A stretch of 64,000 nucleotides of DNA from Adineta vaga (Eukaryota; Animalia; Rotifera). The notes under the pieces are model-generated. The model was given only the letters and a program-made list of their open reading frames with translations. It was not told where the DNA came from and ran no database searches. The stretch covers positions 4,340,001 through 4,404,000 of the forward strand of contig CP075493.1 of NCBI GenBank assembly GCA_021613535.1. The letters are read 5' to 3'. Within the stretch, counting starts at the first letter, position 1. Each line of letters starts with the position of its first letter. This document shows, in pieces, positions 34,920 through 48,114 of the stretch. The position numbers were made by a program, and so were the translations under genes.

Positions 34920-36769
34920 TACCATCTATAATTAATGTGTTATTATAGATAAAAGAAAAATTCTAAATAATGATCTTTGTATAAACACAGGACATATTTT
35001 CACGACTTGATGGACAATGAAGTATAGATCTAGTGCAATAATTATATTTTTTTTTCTATCAAATCATTGCATTATTTTATTGAAAATTTACTGTTTCTAA
35101 TCATTGAAAGCACGAAAAAATTTTTGATCAGAATTACATTGTCATAAATGAAGTCAAAGAATGTGTCTAAGATACGTTTTATTGAAATTATATTCTTTCC
35201 ATGGTTACAACAGAACAAAAAAAAGTTCGTCAAAACATTTCTTTTTACCGTTCTAACGTGAGAAATGTAAGTTTATGAATGAATATTTTAGGAAGGATAT
35301 GGTTTGCATGTTTGACTTAGGAAGATTGATCCTAAATTGAAAAACAATTCTCATTCAGTAAAGCTGTCGAAAATATATTACCGACTGTTGATTGAATGCC
35401 TCTGTCCGTTGTATCTGTTCTTTCAACTATACATTCATTGACTTCTACCGAAGAAGGCCATGACATATCATCATTTTGAACTAAATTACCAGTGACAGAA
35501 TCCATATCTTCTCTCGAGTAAAAGTTCGTCTAATATAAAAAAACAATTTTTATCATATAAATTGAATTCAAATAATTAATACAGTTCTTGCACAGATCTA
35601 CTGGTACATGGCTTTACATTTGCCCCAGGTGACTGCAACTATATGATGTCTTTTGTGAATATGTTCAAGGCTCATCATAGAATAGCACCGGGTGTGGGTG
35701 CATGGATGGACACCTTGGGTGGTTTGGGTGAATGTGAGGTGTAGTATGCATCTGGTTTAGTTTTTTTTAAAATAAATCCCACTCGTATGTGAGGTATCAT
35801 TCGGACCTATACCTAGTTCTATCAAAAAAACTTCTATCACTCAAGGTATTATCGAACAATCATAATTCACTTCAAAAAGCTATAACTTTGCATTTGTATG
35901 TTTCTTTCACACGCTGCTCCATTTGCAATATTTAACAAGGGGGCCAACATTGTTTGTGTGACTCACGTTCTCAAATGAACCGTGAACTGTCTTCTGATAT
36001 GTCAAAAGAGATACATTAATAATTGCAAACTACTGTATATCATCTCACTTTAGGACTGACGAGCTATAGAGTTATACAATTAGTGTAAGAATACACTTCT
36101 TCATTTTACATACCTTTACTTAAATTTGATCAAGAAGAATTGTAATTAAATGTAATGATTGCAATACACAGCACTTTGATATAGAAACTTCCGATTCATC
36201 AATCATCGACTCCGCGTAAAACACCAAACTGTAACACAACGCACTATGGCTCATAATATTCGACACGTTTCCAACACTTCTTTTAGCAAAACGTACTCAG
36301 TACAAATATCAGCTATACTACCTACAATTGTGACACTAACAGCAATTTTAAAAACTATTTAAAACCTTATTCACATATAACATCTTTCCATAAAGAGAAG
36401 AAATACATGTAAATCCACAGTTTTGCTCTACCATATTTAAATGACCCCGATCTACCTCATTCACAATCCTACCGCCCGTGAGATCAACAACAAAACTGTG
36501 GTGTCCCAACAACTTTCCCCCATATTTCGAACGAATTGAAACAGTACATTCCTATACCTCCGAAACATGCACACAAAGAAACATCAACATCCCTATGATC
36601 CTCCATTCTCAACCTCCGAACACTTCCTATGAAATTTATTCTCATATTTCAACCCACAGCGACCAGAGCTATACTTCAATAGTGAACACTATCATGCCAT
36701 ATTCGATAGCTCATCAGTCATTCCATTCAAAAACACTCGGTCGAAAGACTAGCAAACTGACAATCCCGT

Positions 36770-39700
36770 TCCTGATGGTGACTGTGGAATATTCGATAGC
36801 AGACACCAGAGTACATTCAAACACGTGTAGTCGATGTCGTCAAAACCGACCGCTTTGGTCGTGATGTATTGCTGTGTGGTATTTGATAGGCCATCATGGA
36901 GTCCATTCAAGCACGTGTAGTCGATGTCGTCAAAACCGACTGCTTTGGTCGCGATGTATTGCTGTGTGGTATTTGATAGGCCATCATGGAGTACATTCAA
37001 GCACGTGTAGTCGATGTCGTCAAAACCGACTGCTTTGGTCGTGATGTATTGCTGTGTGATATTTGATAGGCCATCGTGGAGTCCATTCAAGCACGTGTAG
37101 TCGATGTCGTCAAAACCGACTGCTTTGGTCGTGATGTATTGCTGTGTGATATTTGATAGGCCATCGTGGAGTCCATTCAAGCACGTGTAGTCGACGACGT
37201 CAAAACCGACTGCTTTGGTCGCGATGTATTGCTGTGTGATATTTGATAGGCCATCATGGAGTCCATTCAAGCACGTGTAGTCGATGTCGTCAAAACCGAC
37301 TGCTTTGGTCGTGATGTATTGCTGTGTGATATTTGATAGCAGACGGTTGAGTACATTCAAACACGTGCAGTCGACGTCGTCAAAAGTGATGGCTTTGGTC
37401 GTGATGTATTGCTGTGTGGTATTTGATAGGCCATCATGGAGTCCATTCAAGCACGTGTAGTCGATGTCGTCAAAACCGACTGCTTTGGTCGTGATGTATT
37501 GCTGTGTGATATTTGATAGGAGACGAATCAGCACATTCAAATACGTGTAGTCGACGACGTCAAAAGTGATGGCTTTGGTCGTGATGTATTGCTGTGTGAT
37601 ATTTGATAGGCCATCGTGGAGTCCATTCAAGCACGTGTAGTCGATGTCGTCAAAACCGACTGCTTTGGTCGTGATGTATTGCTGTGTGATATTTGATAGG
37701 CCATCGTGGAGTCCATTCAAGCACGTGTAGTCGACGACGTCAAAACCGACTGCTTTGGTCGTGATGTATTGCTGTGTGATATTTGATAGGCCATCGTGGA
37801 GTCCATTCAAGCACGTGTAGTCGATGTCGTCAAAACCGACTGCTTTGGTCGTGATGTATTGCTGTGTGATATTTGATAGGCCATCGTGGAGTCCATTCAA
37901 GCACGTGTAGTCGACGACGTCAAAACCGACTGCTTTGGTCGTGATGTATTGCTGTGTGATATTTGATAGGCCATCGTGGAGTCCATTCAAACACGTGTAG
38001 TCGATGTCGTCAAAACCGACTGCTTTGGTCGTGATGTATTGCTGTGTGATATTTGATAGGCCATCGTGGAGTCCATTCAAGCACGTGTAGTCGACGACGT
38101 CAAAACCGACTGCTTTGGTCGTGATGTATTGCTGTGTGATATTTGATAGGCCATCGTGGAGTCCATTCAAACACGTGTAGTCGATGTCGTCAAAACCGAC
38201 TGCTTTGGTCGTGATGTATTGCTGTGTGATATTTGATAGCAGACGGTTGAGTACATTCAAACACGTGCAGTCGACGTCGTCAAAAGTGATGGCTTTGGTC
38301 GTGATGTATTGCTGTGTGGTATTTGATAGGCCATCATGGAGTCCATTCAAGCACGTGTAGTCGATGTCGTCAAAACCGACTGCTTTGGTCGTGATGTATT
38401 GCTGTGTGATATTTGATAGGCCATCGTGGAGTCCATTCAAACACGTGTAGTCGACGACGTCAAAACCGACTGCTTTGGTCGTGATGTATTGCTGTGTGAT
38501 ATTTGATAGCAGACGGTTGAGTACATTCAAACACGTGCAGTCGACGTCGTCAAAAGTGATGGCTTTGGTCGTGATGTATTGCTGTGTGGTATTTGATAAG
38601 TCATCGGGGAGTACATTCCAATACGTGTAGTCGACGTCGTCAAAACCGACTGCTTTGGTCGTGATGTATTGCTGTGTGGTATTTGATAGGCCATCATGGA
38701 GTCCATCCAAGTACGTGTAGTCGACGTCGTCAAAAGTGATGGCTTTGGTCCTGATGGTGACTGTGTAATATTCGATAGGAGACGAATGAGTACATTCAAA
38801 TACCTGTAGTCGACGACGTCAAAACCGACTGCTTTGGTCGCGATGTATTGCTGTGTGATATTTGATAGCAGACGGTTGAGTACATTCAAACACGTGCAGT
38901 CGACGTCGTCAAAAGTGATGGCTTTGGTCGTGATGTATTGCTGTGTGGTATTTGATAAGTCATCGGGGAGTACATTCCAATACGTGTAGTCGACGTCGTC
39001 AAAACCGACTGCTTTGGTCGTGATGTATTGCTGTGTGATATTTGATAGGAGACGAATCAGCACATTCAAATACGTGTAGTCGACGACGTCAAAAGTGATG
39101 GCTTTGGTCGTGATGTATTGCTGTGTGGTATTTGATAAGTCATCGGGGAGTACATTCAAACACGTGTAGTCGACGTCGTCAAAACCGACTGCTTTGGTCG
39201 TGATGTATTGCTGTGTGATATTTGATAGGAGACGAATCAGCAGATTCAAATACGTGTAGTCGACGACGTCAAAAGTGATGGCTTTGGTCGTGATGTATTG
39301 CTGTGTGGTATTTGATAAGTCATCGGGGAGTACATTCAAACACGTGTAGTCGACGTCGTCAAAACCGACTGCTTTGGTCGTGATGTATTGCTGTGCGGTA
39401 TTTGATAGGCCATGTAGGAGTCCATTCTAATGCGTGTAGTCGACGACGTCAAGAATGATGCCTTTAATCGTGATGGTGACTGCGTAATATTCGATAGGAG
39501 ACACTTGAGTACATTCAAATACGTGTAGTCCACGTGGTCAAAAGTGACGGCTTTGTTCCTGATGATAGCTGTGTGGTATTTGATAGACCATGGATGAGTC
39601 CATTCAAACACGAGTAGTCGACGTCGTCGAAAGTGATCGGTTTGGTCCTGATGGTGACTGTATAATATTCGATAGGAGACGAATCAGTACATTCCAATAC

Positions 39701-39770
39701 GTGTAGTCGACATCGTCAAGATTGATTATTTTGGTCCTGATGGTTTGTGTGTAATATTCGATGGATTGGT
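36770..39770. repeat. Tandem array of ~33 units of an 89/90-bp CpG-rich repeat
   Basis: Unit ~ATTTGATAGGCCATCGTGGAGTCCATTCAAGCACGTGTAGTCGATGTCGTCAAAACCGACTGCTTTGGTCGTGATGTATTGCTGTGTGAT. Spacing is 90 bp from 36791 to 38681 and from 38770 to 39400, with 89-bp steps at 38681-38770 and 39400-39756. Confidence 0.97.
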
Positions 39771-41562
39771 GCAGAGTTCATTGGAATATATTCTATGGTT
39801 ATGCTTAAAACGTATTGTTCCAATGATGATGAGAGTCATTTAGTATGCGAATAATTATTTTTTGGATATTTTCCATATATCTTGGTGGATAAGTTTAGAA
39901 AGGAAGTGTACTACTTTGGTTTGAGTGGTTTGTGTTGTTCTGAACGCGTTTTTATTGGTCGTTCAGGTTCATGTAGGATATAATGTTGGGATTTGTGTTA
40001 TCGTCAGATCGATGGATTGTGTGATATGTAGACAAGTCTGGAGGTTTCATGCGACTATGTCGTGCATGGACTTGAGGGAAAGTTATGTCATATTTCGTTA
40101 TGCTTATGCCATGGTTTACGAATGGATTAGAGTCAGAGTATCCTCACCATTTAGTGTAACAGTTTTGCAGTTACTTATGTGGAGTTGACGTGTGGCGTTT
40201 AGATGATATTGGAATAGGTAATCAGAAGAAGCGGTACATTGGATATTTGTTTTCGTTGAAATAGTGCTGAAGAAAATGGTAGAATGACTAGGGAGTTTTT
40301 TGAATAGCTCTTAACGTGATTATAGTCGTATATTTGATGGTCGTATTAATCTAATTACCAATTCTTGTATGACTATTCATTGTATAATATTGGAATAGCT
40401 GAGAGGCAAAGGTTGTAGTCAGTTATCACGTTTACTGTAATTCGTTCGTTAAAGTTTAGTGAGAATAGTGTATGATAAAGTAAAAGAAAATTTTCAAAAA
40501 AAATTTCGTTGCGTACGACGTCACACAGGTGTGTTGTATTATACATCAAAGGAAAGGACCTGCAATATTTGAGTTGTGCTGGATATGATCGCAAAATAGA
40601 AAGTCATTAGAGCTCTTAGTTATTTATCATTAGATCGTGAAAATACCGTACTATCTACCATTTAATCCGTGTTCGAACAGTGATTCCTAGGTGGTAGTAG
40701 AAATCTTTAGTTCTATGAAGTTATTCTGAAAAGATAGAATCTTGTGATAAGAATGATTTGAATCATCGTCTTTTTTTCCAACTTTTATTATTAGAAATTT
40801 ACAAATACCAGTGCAAAAGTCATATCAAAAATAAATCGAAGTATATATATAGACTGATTATGATGAATGATTTCACTTTCTTTTCAATTATAGGTTTTGG
40901 TTAAAGTAAACGGAGCTAATACTCCGTTTACTGTAGCATGGTTGCAAATGAGTATTATGCTTCAATGCATGAAGAATTATTTTTCAGATATGACGTGTCA
41001 TTTAAGTTATTAGTTATATAGAAAGTACCTCCGCCAATCTACGTAATATAAAATATAGAGTTAAATTTTTATCCATGATCACTATCGAAAGCAAAAAAAA
41101 CAATGATTTATTTTTACGATTTGAACCCATACAAATACTTTTGCATAAAATATTTGACAGAATAAAAAAATTATCATTCTTACGGACGATGAAAAAAAGC
41201 ACGCCACTGTTTCATGTTTCGTGGTCAGAACAGGTAATAAACGAGCATTTGTTTTGTCGCTGTCGTGACCTAATTGAAAGAAACGAAAAAAAAACACGTG
41301 TTTCATTCGTCACTATTAATGTATCAACGGTTTATAGATATATTGTTCAGAGCAAATAAATTTATCGAAAAGTAACAATTGATAATTGTTCTCCTCGTAT
41401 ATAATTATATATTCACAGATATAAACTTGTTGACGACACTATCAATTCTATTCATATCTGGCTCATATACGAAGCATATCGTAATTACGCAAGAAAAATG
41501 AAAGAATACGTTCTATAGTCACAATATGTCATTTGTTGTTTTTTGTAACCAAAAGAAGATTC

Positions 41563-43262
41563 ATGGTAAATCTCGAAAAACAATCCGATGAAATCTTTGC
41601 ATTAAAATCCATATTTGATAAAAATTTTCATCATTTGGATGAAAATCAATATGAAATTTTAATCGATTTTGATTTACTTACACCATTAACTATTGAATAT
41701 GAAGATCAAACATCAACAATTGAATATTTACCACCATTTAGTCTTCTCATTCATTATCATGATGAATATCCAAGTACTGATCCACCTTCATTTATTCTTT
41801 CATGTTTTTATTTTTCAAAATATAAGTTACGAAAACTTTGTCAAAAATTAGATCATTATCAATTCATTCCAGAAGAAGTATGTGTCTATGATTGGATCGA
41901 TTTAATAAAACTTGAAATTAATAATAAACTCATCTTGCAAAACAATGAAGATGATGATGATGATAATGATGATGATCCACGAGCAATCAATGGTTATACC
42001 AATGAAACTGTTGGGAAAATTTTTCAATATTTAATTCATTACAATTCGGAACAATTTCATAAACGAATTCAAATCTGTTTAATATGTAATAATAGTATTC
42101 GAGGTGTTGATTGTATTCGTCTTGAACGTTGTCAACATTTTTATTGTCAATTATGTTTACAAAATTATGTTCAAATGACATTGAATAACGGACAATTTGG
42201 TGAACAAATTCATTGTCCACAAAATCAATGTCAACGAGCATTACTTCCAACGGAAATTCAACGAATTCTTCAGAATGATCAATTATATGAACGATATGAA
42301 CGAATAACATTACAACATAGTCTTGAATCAATGGATGATATTATTTGGTGTCCTCGGTAAAACAAATATATTATCTAGTTTTTATTTTCTTCTCTATTTA
42401 GATGTCAATCTCCTGTATTGATAGATAAAAGTAACGATAATCTAACCATGTGTGATCAATGTCGTTATATATTTTGTAAAAAATGTAAACAAATATTTCA
42501 TTCTCAAACGATATGTCCAAAAGATTATCTTCGTCAACAATTAGAACATGTAAGTTTATCGATGAACGATATGAATTTTACACAAGGATTGCAACGAAAA
42601 CAAGAACTTGGCCGTGAACATACTCTAGCTACACTTGCTAAAATCGATCGAAAGAATCGAGCTTTAATTGAAGAAAATCTTGCTACACAAAAATATCAAC
42701 AAATTATAATGAAACAATCGGATCAACACGCTTTATTAGAAGAAATATTAAATGCTGAACGAATAGAATTATTGAATACTCAACCTTGTCCACGATGTCA
42801 CGTACAGATAGAAAAGAATGGTGGTTGTTCACATATGCATTGTTCACGATGTAAACATGATTTTACCTGGGATACAAGAGTTGCGCCTGTAACTTCGCGA
42901 AATATTTCATTATTGTATAAATATATTCGAAAATCTGAACAGATCGACTCGCTTCAAGGAGAATTGAATCAAACTCAAAACACAGGTTAGATTGAAGATG
43001 GACAATAGATGAAATACATTTTTATCTTTTAGAAAATGGAAGAATTTCAATCGATAATCGATCAGCTATGGGTTCTGCTATTATCAATAGAGTGAAACAA
43101 TGTCCAACTAGATCATGTAAAAAATTTGCTGTTAAAGCAAATCAAGATAATTGGATCATTTGTAGTGGATGTAGAAGACAATTCTGTTTTTTATGTGGAT
43201 ATCGAATCTTGGTTCACAACATTTTGACAAAAAATGTCAACGATATACATCTCTTTGAATAA
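41563..43262 (+). CDS. RNF14: RWD + RBR (RING1-IBR-RING2) E3 ubiquitin ligase, RNF14-like
   Basis: '[12 protein letters not shown]...YLPPFSL...YPSTDPPSF' RWD; 'CLIC...CQHFYCQLC...CP' RING1; 'WCPR|CQ...[14 protein letters not shown]' IBR; '[19 protein letters not shown]' RING2. Likely -1 frameshift near 43209 in the last exon. Confidence 0.8.
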
Positions 43263-43268
43263 ATTTCA

Positions 43269-45541
43269 TTAGACAAGTGTACCGTAACATTGTTGTCCAT
43301 AACAAGGACTTGCTGGATAGATGTTGGGTAAAATAAGAGTTTCAGTTGTTAAAATCAATGGTGTATTATCAGGTCCAGGAAATGTAAATTGTATAAACAT
43401 ACCTATCCATTGATCTTTTGGTGGAAAAGTTGATCTATACGAGTAGTTTAATGTATCATCTATTTTTGACTATAGAGAAGAATTTCAAATGTATATATGG
43501 AATGAAAAAGCAAAACAAATGATATCATACGGTTTTGATCTTTTCATTTCCTTCTAACCATTTAACGGGATTTGGAACAACTTTACCAGTTGTTGGATCT
43601 ATTCTAGCTTGTCGAAAATCGCGTCTATACGAAAGGATAAATATTCAATAATTTAATTTGATCTCTTTGACAAATTTAGTTTACTTTGTTCCAGCAATTG
43701 TTTGTGCTTTTAAGCCAATAGCACCCGTGGGTTCAGGATGTCCATCACCAACATAAACCACCGCAATAATTTCTGCATAAGAATCATAGATTGTTCGATT
43801 CCATGTTACCGATGGTAATTTCTTTTGCTAAATATTTTTTCAAAATAAATCTTATTAAAATTCAGCAATAGAAAGTATTAACTTACATCACAAACACTTG
43901 AATAAAAACTTTGAAGACTTTCATTATATCCTGAAATGGAATGTCCAACATTTGGTATTCGTCTAAATACGTAGTTTTTTTTTCTTCATTTATACTATAT
44001 ATTTCTATTTACAAATTTTGTCTACCTGAGAAATGAACCATTGGTTGCTTTTTGTAAATCATTCCAGAAAAAATCCTTAAGTTATAAACAATTTCAATTT
44101 ATCATCTATATTTTATACAAATAACCTCGCTATCAGGTAAAAAGAATTCATCATCGGCAGCTTGAATTTGATATAATCGAATACTACGATATCGATCAAA
44201 ATAAACTAATTTATAGAAACTAATAGTTCTATATGTGATCATAGATATATAGTTTTACCATAGGGATCAACAATATTAGCCATAACTTGAAGATAAGGAT
44301 TGTCTAAATACATTGTTATATTTTCAACATAATAATCTTCGAAATCATACGTCCATCCAGCAAGAGACTGAAGAAAAAGAGATGATTATTATTATCATTA
44401 TAGAAAAGATTTATCTACATACTTGATAATGACCCTTCATGTTCTTATACAAATAAAAAGCGATGACTTACAATACAAATAAACATTTTCTCATTACCTG
44501 TCGAAGATTTAACATGTCCATAACAATAGGAATAGCACCAATAACACGTTTATTATCTACAGCAGCTGTAGTCCATGCTACAATCAAATAAAAATCTACT
44601 CGAAAGGAACGATTGATCAAGAATAAACTTTACTTGTCCATCCGCGCTACAAAATGAATCAATACAATTTGACGTAAAAAAGCATACATATACGAAAATA
44701 ATTTACTTTTGATAAACCAGAAATAATAAAATGTTCAGGTGCTGGAATTTCTTGTTGACGAAGGAATTCTTGTGTTGCATCCATTCCTCGAACGACTGCC
44801 TATAATATAAAGATTATTTTTTAATAAAAAATCGAATTATTTTCTCGTACTTTTGTCATTGGCATACGAAGGAGCACATGAGGATCACTACCATTACTTT
44901 CAATAAATGTTTTCCATGTCCATGCTATGATTGCGTCTTCAGTTCGAGATTTATGAAGTGGATCAGCCTTTTCCATAGAAGAAGAAACACATCTTTAAAC
45001 ATTTTCTTGAAAATATCAATACGATACCAAAAATTCTATTGGTTGATTGGGAATCTGTCGTAGTTCTACAGCAACACTACCTGTGTTTAAAGCAAGTGCT
45101 GTTGTCCAACTTCCAGTAGGAATTCTAACTCACATAGAATGAAATAATTCAATAAGTTATAAAAATATGGTCTTACGGATTATTATTACTACCACCACTG
45201 ATAAGTAGAAAAGCTGTTTCTGAACGTCTGAGTACTTTTGGTACTGTAACAATCATATAATGCCACCAAATCGATTGTGTTGAAAACGAAGCTTACAAAA
45301 CAAAAGAAGAAGAAGAAGAAGAATCGTATTGGTGAAATATTTCAATAAGAAATATACCATCAAACCATTGTTGTGAAGTCATATTGAGTATATGAATTGT
45401 ATGTGTTGAATATGGATACATCTGAATACGTTTCCAAGCAAAAGTTGGATCAGGTGTATGAACATAATCATCAAGTGGCGTACTATAATTCTTATGTATG
45501 ATCGAAGTGATCATCGCAAGTAAGAATACTAGTCGATACAT
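43269..45541 (-). CDS. PhoPQ-activated pathogenicity-related (PqaA)/AprA-like secreted alpha/beta-hydrolase-fold protein, many exons
   Basis: Signal peptide, 'TPLDDYVHTPDPTFAW', 'LNMTSQQW', 'WWHYMIVTVP', 'LLRMPMTK', 'SGLSK|RGW', 'DDEFFLPD', C-terminal 'CYGTLV*'. Confidence 0.8.
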
Positions 45542-45957
45542 GTTTTATTTTCAAGAATGATAGTTTGATTCTATGAAATGAAGATATGATTTAATTGACT
45601 TTTTTTTTCGATCAAATGATATATCGAGTTTCCTTTAAGTACTTCAAAATCACTTTTATCAACGAAGGTCGATTCAAAAGAAATAATTGAAAATCGTACG
45701 AAGTAACTCAGTCAGATTATTCAGCATGATATTTTGTTTTATAGTGATCTGTGGCCACAAAGAAATATAACCGTCACAATCTAAACACATCCCTCGCCGA
45801 CATGCACACCCTAAAACAAGTTATTTGTACGCATGGTTTTATGAAGGAAAGAAAAAAAAATTCTGCAGTACGAGGCGAGCACACCATTATTATTGTTGTT
45901 GTTGCTCGTGTCATATGGTATTTTTACTCGTTTTTCTTCTTTTTTTTTATAGGCAAA

Positions 45958-46746
45958 ATGACAACCATAAATCTAAGGAAAACACGGGGAAATAATAAAG
46001 CTGAGAAAACATCGAATGATTTACGTGTCATTGGAGTTGGTTTACCACGTACTGGAACATCATCTGTGAAAGCTGCTTTAGAAATTCTTGGTTTTGGTCC
46101 ATGTCATCATATGACTGAATTGATGAATGAACCCGATCGAATAGTAGAATTCATTCGAGCATATGCTGGGGAAAAGGTTGATTTTCGTCGATTGATGAAA
46201 GGTTATGGATCAACTGTTGATGCACCAACATTTGATTTCTATAAAGAAATTCAACAAGCATATCCAGACGCTAAGATTATTCTTACTGTACGAGATAGTA
46301 ATGAGAAATGGTTTGAAAGTTACCAAAACACAATTGGTTTAATTGCAACCAGTAATTTTTATCATTTCTCTATTTATCTTATTCGATTTTTACGTTTACA
46401 AAGTATAATGGGAAGACAAGCCGTTCGAAAATGGATTCGAGATTATGGTGCCATCGGACCGGCAATGCATGAACAACATAATCAACGAATAATTAATGAA
46501 AATCAAACAGATGAAATCCTGATTTATAATGTTAAAGAAGGATGGATACCTCTCTGTAAATTTTTAGAAGTTAGTGTACCTGAAAATATTCCTTTTCCGA
46601 ATATTAATGATACGAAAGAATTTCAACGTAATATAAGGTTGGCAAAGATTCTTGGATTATGCTCTTGGACAGTCGTTGGATTGATATTTACCGGTTTGAC
46701 TTATTTTACTCTGCAAAAAACGAACATAATATCAAAATGGTTTTAG
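45958..46746 (+). CDS. P-loop sulfotransferase family protein (Sulfotransfer_4-like), C-terminal TM
   Basis: 'VIGVGLPRTGTSSVKAALEILGFGPCHHM', 'YPDAKIILTVRD...W..S', 'EGWIPLCKFL...PFPNIND'. Confidence 0.85.
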   Translation: MTTINLRKTRGNNKAEKTSNDLRVIGVGLPRTGTSSVKAALEILGFGPCHHMTELMNEPDRIVEFIRAYAGEKVDFRRLMKGYGSTVDAPTFDFYKEIQQAYPDAKIILTVRDSNEKWFESYQNTIGLIATSNFYHFSIYLIRFLRLQSIMGRQAVRKWIRDYGAIGPAMHEQHNQRIINENQTDEILIYNVKEGWIPLCKFLEVSVPENIPFPNINDTKEFQRNIRLAKILGLCSWTVVGLIFTGLTYFTLQKTNIISKWF

Positions 46747-47091
46747 AAAATGATAATATATTTGAAAAAAAATTATTTTTCTCTGCGAGAAAAGATCTAG
46801 ATATAGAAAAGAAACTCTAATAAACTCTTTTGCTTTCATTCTATATATATATATATATATGATAATATTAAGTTCAAAGAAATAGATGGCTTATTTCATT
46901 CAAGCGAGATATAATTGCATCAAAACGGGAGGTGTCACCTGAAGCGATTCTCTCGGTAGAAAAAAATGCATTAAATTTTGAAATATTTTGACATCGCAGT
47001 AAAAAAGTCGAATAACTGAAATAGTGAAAAGCTAATATAAGATTATCTCTAATCTAGTTTTAATTTGTTGATCATTCACACTTACATCTAT

Positions 47092-48114
47092 TCATATACA
47101 TACACATTTTGGACGATGTTTTTCAAAGAAGTTCTTTAAATTTCGACGAAATCCATTGTTCGTGATGTATGATATGTAGAAACTCGATGTAAAAAATGTA
47201 TATGACATTAAATTAACTGTTTCCGATAGGATATTTTCCAGAGCAATTTGATAAGCAGATTTCGTTCGATTTTGAGTGATATTCGAATAAATAAGGAAAG
47301 TCGCATATGGTATACGTGTTGTTAAAGCAACAGTCATTTGTAATATAAGCATTACAGTTAGTTGTGAGTCAATTTGTTGTACAATCGATCGTCGTACAGT
47401 CATACTCGATAGATTATCATTTATCGGAACGATCTTTTGTGTAATTAAACCTCGAATACTACGTAATAAAATGATACCAAGAATAATCATTACTATGGGC
47501 GTACACATTGCAGTGACACATGCTTCAATATAATTATCAAATATTGCGTAAAATCCTGGACGAGGAATACATTTTCCATTTGTGGTTCTATATAAAAACA
47601 GTCGATGTCCAAAAAATAACAACCAAAAGATAACGCTCGCAAGAGATAATTTATAAGCTAATTCAACACGATTAGTCCATTTTCGAAATGCTAAAATAAA
47701 TGAATAAAAACTCTGTATGTGTCATTGAATTGACTTACCATCTGAATATTGTAGAGATAGGATTCGATCAGTAGTTGCAAATGTAAATAGAGTCAATGAA
47801 ACAACATGATTCCAAACGGAATCAAATTGTCGAAGTTTACAAAGAATATCGTAATGTGTGGTAATTGAAATTTGAAAGCCACGTTGTAATACTCGTGTTA
47901 ACAATAAGAAATCAAAATAAAAAAAGCTTGATATAGCTTCGAAGAATAAATAAATCGCATAAGCTCGCTGGAAATAAGTTCGGGAACGAAATACAATCAT
48001 ATTTCCAATACAACCAATATTACCTGCTATCCATAGAAACGAACCAAGATATATATTCAATTGATAAGGTATTGCTAAAAGTATACTGCTAACATTATTA
48101 ATTGTCGTATTCAT
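47092..48114 (-). CDS. Rhodopsin-like orphan GPCR, 2 exons
   Basis: 'GNIGCIGNMIVF', 'LCKLR', 'ATTDRIL', 'IDSQLTVML', 'SFYISYITNNGFRR'. Intron ~47692-47738. Confidence 0.8.

Noticed and set aside
35288-35760. Possible small spliced minus-strand gene
   Set aside because: Splice-like signals exist, but I could not build a consistent long frame or recognise any domain.
36770-39770. CRISPR-like array (constant segments alternating with variable ones)
   Set aside because: Variable blocks are only ~12-15 bp and recur many times instead of being unique spacers; no cas genes; eukaryotic context.
35740-40740. Transposon (TIR/Helitron/foldback) enclosing the tandem array
   Set aside because: No convincing terminal inverted repeats, target-site duplication, CTRR hairpin end or transposase found by eye. 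Not excluded; needs a repeat-library search.
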